DNA of 40,580 nt from Clostridia bacterium (lineage in GTDB: Bacteria > Bacillota > Clostridia > UMGS1883), in contig JAZNTQ010000112.1 in the NCBI GenBank assembly GCA_045591865.1, positions 1 to 40,580 of the forward strand, in the 5' to 3' direction. Made by a program: the position numbers and the translations under genes. Position 1 is the stretch's first letter; every line of letters begins with the position of its first letter. Positions 36,434 to 40,580 of the stretch are shown piece by piece. A model generated the notes under the pieces. That model was not told where the DNA came from. It saw only the letters and a list, made by a program, of their open reading frames with translations, and did no database searches.

Positions 36434-36463
36434 TAGGCAACGGTGAGAGCCTACAATCTCCCC
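36434..36463 (+). ncRNA. intergenic H-type pseudoknot, copy 3
   Basis: TAGGC-AAC-GGTGAGA-GCCTA-CAA-TCTCCCC. Confidence 0.45.
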
Positions 36464-36483
36464 ACAGAAAGAAAGGAGCAGAT

Positions 36484-36684
36484 ATGGAATTAAAGGATAT
36501 GTGCAAATTCGCAAGACAGCACGTAAAAGAGGGGGGGGCAACGCAAAGCGATTTTGCCGCTATGGTAGGCACAAATCAAACGGAAATTTCGTTTATCGAG
36601 AGAGGTTTTATCCCCGAAAGTCAACAAAAGATTAACAAGATTATTCGTCTTTACAATGAATGCTTAAATAATCGAAACGGCTAA
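36484..36684 (+). CDS. small HTH protein
   Basis: TQSDFAAMVGTNQTEISFIERG. Confidence 0.8.
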   Translation: MELKDMCKFARQHVKEGGATQSDFAAMVGTNQTEISFIERGFIPESQQKINKIIRLYNECLNNRNG

Positions 36685-36716
36685 AACCGACTACAAGAAA
36701 TGGAAAGGCACTTGAA

Positions 36717-36998
36717 ATGGAATTGAAAGAGCATCATAAATTATTAGTCGTATCACTTGTGCTTGCTATGGTAATATGCGTTTGCGCCGCACAAGAATCC
36801 ACAATGGATAGAGTGCAATGGGAGCAAGAAGCCTACATCGTGGAAAAGGGCGATACCCTATGGGGAATAGGCGAAAAGCATTGTCCCGACAGCGTAGATA
36901 TCCGCGAGTGGATAGAAGAGGTAAGGAAAATAAACGAGCTTTCCGATAGCTGTATTTATGCTGGGGATAGATTGATTATTTTAGTGCCGCAAGATTGA
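36717..36998 (+). CDS. membrane-anchored LysM protein (YneA-like)
   Basis: N-terminal TM helix; YIVEKGDTLWGIG...IREWIEEVRKINEL...IYAGDRL. Confidence 0.8.
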   Translation: MELKEHHKLLVVSLVLAMVICVCAAQESTMDRVQWEQEAYIVEKGDTLWGIGEKHCPDSVDIREWIEEVRKINELSDSCIYAGDRLIILVPQD

Positions 36999-37051
36999 GT
37001 GCTGTCTAAAATGTGTCATTATGAAACTATTTATTGAAAGGTGGTGAAGAA

Positions 37052-37258
37052 ATGCGTAAGAATCTAAAATTATTGCGTGTCGAGAATGACTTGACTCAAG
37101 CAGATATGGCAACGCGGCTCGGTGTAACCCGAACAACCTACTGCAATATTGAGAACGGGAAAAGCAAAGGATCAATGACTTTTTGGCTGGCGGTAAAACG
37201 AGCGTTCCCCGAAATCGACATTGACGAAATGGCAAAAGTGAAAGGAGCAGAAAAATGA
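37052..37258 (+). CDS. Cro-like XRE HTH protein
   Basis: LKLLRVENDLTQADMATRLGVTRTTYCNIENG. Confidence 0.85.
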   Translation: MRKNLKLLRVENDLTQADMATRLGVTRTTYCNIENGKSKGSMTFWLAVKRAFPEIDIDEMAKVKGAEK

Positions 37259-37374
37259 GGAACAAGCGGAAAATCATTCTTAACAAGATCGAGAGCGGCA
37301 AAGTAAACAACGCAAGACTTGCGGAGTATTTCGCAAACAAATACAAAGAAAGGGGAATTGAAAATGCCTTTTAA
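37255..37374 (+). CDS. 39-aa peptide (absent from ORF track)
   Basis: RBS AAAGGAG, ATGA overlap; MRNKRKIILNKIESG... Confidence 0.5.
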   Translation: MRNKRKIILNKIESGKVNNARLAEYFANKYKERGIENAF

Positions 37375-37555
37375 GCCTTTAATAAGCGGCGAATCTACCG
37401 TTGAAATTTCGTCAAGCGAATACTTTAACTTGGCAAAGAAAGCCGAACGCATCGCGGCTGTAGAAAGATTCATCAACGCAAGCGAATTTGTAACAGTAAA
37501 AGATATTATGGCTTTGCTGGATATCAAGAAAGAAGAAAGGAAAACAGAGAAATGA
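37364..37555 (+). CDS. hypothetical protein
   Basis: RBS AAAGGGG. Confidence 0.55.
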   Translation: MPFKPLISGESTVEISSSEYFNLAKKAERIAAVERFINASEFVTVKDIMALLDIKKEERKTEK

Positions 37556-38175
37556 ACAATCTTGAAATTTATAACAAGGTGGCAAGCGTTCCGAAAGAAG
37601 CGCAAAAGACCATTACGGCGGGCAGAATTAAGGGAATGACCGATATTAACCCTATGTGGAGAATTAAAACGCTCACAGAAACATTCGGGGTTTGCGGCTT
37701 CGGCTGGAAGTACATAATCACGGACAAAAGAATTGTCGAGGGCGCGGACGGTGTTGTTTGTGCATTCGTTGACATTGATTTGTTTGTGAAGGTTGGGAAC
37801 GAATGGAGCGAAGCAATTCAAGGCACGGGCGGAAGCAGTTTCGTAGCGGTAGAGCGCAACGGCTTATATACAAGCGATGAATGCTTCAAAATGGCTCTTA
37901 CCGATGCTATTTCGGTAGCTTGTAAGGCTTTGGGAATCGGCGCGGATGTATATTGGGCGGCTGGGCGCACCAAATACGATACCAACGGGGACGGCGAACA
38001 ATCCGAGCAACAGCCCGCAACCACGAAAAAGCCGAAAGAACTTGCACCACGCGAAAAGCTGATTGCAAAGCTCAAGGAAAAGGGAATCAGTGCGAAAGAA
38101 TACGCGAAAGAAAAAGGGCTTGAGGGCGCAGTCCCCGATAGCCGATTTGAAGAACTGCTTGCGGAGCTGGGGTGA
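37552..38175 (+). CDS. Rad52/Sak-like single-strand annealing protein
   Basis: DINPMWRI..LTETFG.CG.GW...DECFKMALTDA...ACK.LGIGADVY. Confidence 0.75.
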   Translation: MNNLEIYNKVASVPKEAQKTITAGRIKGMTDINPMWRIKTLTETFGVCGFGWKYIITDKRIVEGADGVVCAFVDIDLFVKVGNEWSEAIQGTGGSSFVAVERNGLYTSDECFKMALTDAISVACKALGIGADVYWAAGRTKYDTNGDGEQSEQQPATTKKPKELAPREKLIAKLKEKGISAKEYAKEKGLEGAVPDSRFEELLAELG

Positions 38176-38179
38176 GTAA

Positions 38180-39088
38180 ATGGAATACGATGTTACCGTA
38201 GACAGAGAATTTTATATAGGCGGCTCGGATATTCCCGTGATTATGGGAATAAGCCCGTTCAAAACGCGCTATGAATTACTGCTTGAAAAAGCGGGCTTGC
38301 GTGAAGATGATTTTGCGGGAAACAAATACACCGTTTACGGTCAGCAGTTAGAGCCGCAGATCAGAGAATACATAAACGGGCAAATGCCCACGGGTGGCAA
38401 GTTTGAGCCGAACAAGGTTATTGACGGCGATATCCGATGTCATACGGACGGCTTCAACGGTTATTGTGTGCTTGAAATCAAGACCACATCGCACATATAC
38501 GAAACGCTTGATGAATACAAAAACTATCTTGTGCAGTTGCTTCTATATATGCAGAAAAACAAGGTAAAAAGCGGACTTCTCGCGGTTTACAAGAGAGATG
38601 AAGAATTTAACCCCGTTTTCCTTGCAGAAAACCTATCTATTTTTGAAGTTGATGCCGAAGCCTACCAAACACTCACGGAAGAAATAAACGCGGAAATAGA
38701 GCGTTTTAGAGCCGATTTAACGCGGTTGAAAGAAAACCCGCTTTTGAGTGAAGAGGACTTCCAGCCGAATGAGCTTGTCGCACTTTCTCAAAAGGCTGTT
38801 GCCCTTGAAAATCGACTTGCAGAGCTTAAGGCGGTAGAAAAGCAATGCAAGGAAATGAAGCAGACACTTTTTGAAGCAATGCAAAAGCACGATGTGAAGT
38901 CTTGGCAGATGCCGAACGGCACACGCATAACAAGAGTAGACGGAGCGGAAGCCAGCACGGAGACCGTAACGGAATTCGATGTTGAAGCGTTCAAGGAAGA
39001 AAACACAGAGCTTTTTGAAAAGTATCAAAAGACCGTAACGAAGAAAAAGGCGGGGCGGGCTGGATATGTCAAAATTACTCTGCCTTGA
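38180..39088 (+). CDS. YqaJ/lambda-exonuclease-family nuclease
   Basis: R..YIGGSD, G..LEP, HTDG, LEIKT, YLVQ. Confidence 0.85.
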   Translation: MEYDVTVDREFYIGGSDIPVIMGISPFKTRYELLLEKAGLREDDFAGNKYTVYGQQLEPQIREYINGQMPTGGKFEPNKVIDGDIRCHTDGFNGYCVLEIKTTSHIYETLDEYKNYLVQLLLYMQKNKVKSGLLAVYKRDEEFNPVFLAENLSIFEVDAEAYQTLTEEINAEIERFRADLTRLKENPLLSEEDFQPNELVALSQKAVALENRLAELKAVEKQCKEMKQTLFEAMQKHDVKSWQMPNGTRITRVDGAEASTETVTEFDVEAFKEENTELFEKYQKTVTKKKAGRAGYVKITLP

Positions 39089-39124
39089 ATGTGTCGGTTT
39101 GTTAGCAATTTAGAGGAAATGTAA

Positions 39125-39802
39125 ATGAAAGTATTGGACTTATTTTGCGGGACAAAATCCATTGCAAAAGCATTTGAAGCGAGAGGGCACGAGGTTTTTA
39201 CGGTGGATTGGGACAAACAATTCAATCCGACTTTGAGCGCAGATATCGGAACGCTGACAGCACAAGACATTATCAATCTTTGCGGCGGTGTTCCCGATGT
39301 GATATGGGCAAGCCCCGACTGCACAACGTATTCCGTTGCGGCGATTTCAAAGCATAGACGAAAAGAAGCTAACGGCAATTTAACCCCGATAACCGATTAT
39401 GCGAAACGCTGTGATGAAATAAACAGCCATTTAATAAAGCTGATAAAAGAGCTTAACCCGCGCTATTGGTTTATTGAAAATCCACGGGCGGGAATGCGAA
39501 AAATGGATTTTATGAAAGACTTGCCACGGCACACGGTTACATATTGCAAGTACGGGGAAAGGCGGCAAAAGCCTACAGACATTTGGACGAATCACCCCGA
39601 GCCGAATTTTGCGTTGCCGTGCAAGAACGGCGATACTTGCCACGAAGCCGCACCGAGGGGAGCGAGAACGGGAACGCAAGCACTCAAAAATCGCATTGAA
39701 AAAGCAAGAATACCCGTATTACTCTGCGAACACATTGTTGATATATGTAGTGTGTCGCTTTGTTATCAAAAGAAAGAGGGTGAAGACGATTGTATGAAAT
39801 AA
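39125..39802 (+). CDS. compact C5-cytosine DNA methyltransferase
   Basis: VLDLFCGT (motif I), WASPDC (motif IV), FIENP (motif VI). Confidence 0.8.
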   Translation: MKVLDLFCGTKSIAKAFEARGHEVFTVDWDKQFNPTLSADIGTLTAQDIINLCGGVPDVIWASPDCTTYSVAAISKHRRKEANGNLTPITDYAKRCDEINSHLIKLIKELNPRYWFIENPRAGMRKMDFMKDLPRHTVTYCKYGERRQKPTDIWTNHPEPNFALPCKNGDTCHEAAPRGARTGTQALKNRIEKARIPVLLCEHIVDICSVSLCYQKKEGEDDCMK

Positions 39803-40311
39803 CGGGCAAAATTCAAGGGCTTGCGCTCGATTTCTCCACAAAGAAAGCAACGCTCACTTTATCAATCAATGAGGAAGCGGCGGCAAAGAATCTGTTTGAC
39901 GAATTACACGAAGCCGAAAAGCTGTCAATCAAGATTGATAAATACCGAGAAAAACGCTCTTTGAACGCGAACAATTACGCTTGGAAGCTCTTAACCGAAA
40001 TGGGAAACGTACTCCGAGCCAACAAAGAAGAAATATATCTTGAAATGCTGAAACGCTACGGGCAAAGCGAAATAATCAGCGTATTATCGCATATCCCGAT
40101 AAGCGAATATGTGAAGTATTGCGAAGAAGCGGGCGAAAGCACTCTGAACGGTAAGCTGTTCAAGCATTACAAGGTTTACAAAGGCTCAAGCGAATTTGAC
40201 ACGCGGGAAATGTCAATCTTCCTTGACGGTGTTGTGAGTGATGCACAAGGACTCGGCATACAGACCGAAACACCCGAACGGATCGCAAAGCTGAAATCGT
40301 TATGGGGGTGA
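39790..40311 (+). CDS. NinB-like recombination protein
   Basis: KRSLNANNYAW...GSSEFDTREMSIFLDG...A..LGI. Confidence 0.65.
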   Translation: MYEITGKIQGLALDFSTKKATLTLSINEEAAAKNLFDELHEAEKLSIKIDKYREKRSLNANNYAWKLLTEMGNVLRANKEEIYLEMLKRYGQSEIISVLSHIPISEYVKYCEEAGESTLNGKLFKHYKVYKGSSEFDTREMSIFLDGVVSDAQGLGIQTETPERIAKLKSLWG

Positions 40312-40315
40312 ATAA

Positions 40316-40580
40316 ATGGCAAAAAGCGTTATTCAAGAAGATAGAACACATTGCTTTATATGCGGTATGAACACCAATCTTGAGCCGTTGGATTGTCACC
40401 ACGTTTTCGGGGCGGCAAACCGAAACAAAAGCGAAAAATACGGCTTGAAAGTATATATCCACCATAGCAAGTGCCATATCTTCGGCGAAAACAGCGTTCA
40501 CCGTAACGCAAAAGTCGATAGAGCATTAAAGAAGCTCGTGCAACAAAAAGCAATGCAATACTACGGCTGGAGCGTTGACA
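40316..40580 (+). CDS. HNH-like Zn-binding nuclease, truncated by the window end
   Basis: MAKSVIQ...CFICG...CHHVFG.ANRNKSEKYGLKV...CH; no stop before the end. Confidence 0.7.
   Translation, partial: MAKSVIQEDRTHCFICGMNTNLEPLDCHHVFGAANRNKSEKYGLKVYIHHSKCHIFGENSVHRNAKVDRALKKLVQQKAMQYYGWSVD

Noticed and set aside
1-40580. tRNA, rRNA, IS element, intron, intein or HDV-like ribozyme
   Set aside because: None recognised by eye; the pseudoknots lack the nested double-pseudoknot core of HDV-like ribozymes; tRNAscan/Infernal would be needed to exclude these formally

Overview
The window reads as a nearly complete, circularly permuted genome of a temperate cos-type siphophage. The host is probably a gut Firmicute (Clostridia-like sigmaA promoters, RBSs, a LexA-like box and a teichoic-acid-type GDPD tail domain); this is inferred, not demonstrated. 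Modules: replication/early-middle genes (37.0-40.6 kb, continuing at 1-5.4 kb: Rad52-like annealing protein, YqaJ nuclease, SSB, dUTPase, Holliday junction resolvase, replication initiator with iterons, late activator); packaging, head and tail (6.6-27 kb: HNH, cos, TerS/TerL, portal, ClpP, HK97-type capsid, frameshifted chaperone, tape measure, baseplate, Dit, Tal); lysis genes interleaved with tail genes; an accessory region (27.6-33.5 kb, with an IbrB/IbrA-like ParB + PAPS-reductase cluster); and a lysogeny module (large serine integrase, short repressor). Three orphan DNA methyltransferases are present. The most striking signals are non-coding: (i) two homologous promoter-operator units heading operons of small unknown genes that include an HTH gene, with gene junctions carrying a covarying H-type RNA pseudoknot just before the RBS; (ii) a two-hairpin leader with complementary loops and a U-tract upstream of the methylase-replication initiator genes; (iii) an oriented 18-bp motif at early gene junctions; (iv) a probable attP inside the integrase 3' end, followed by a serine-less mini-recombinase; (v) a LexA-box promoter driving a candidate antirepressor. 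All protein calls come from motif recognition by eye; no database search or folding program was run.
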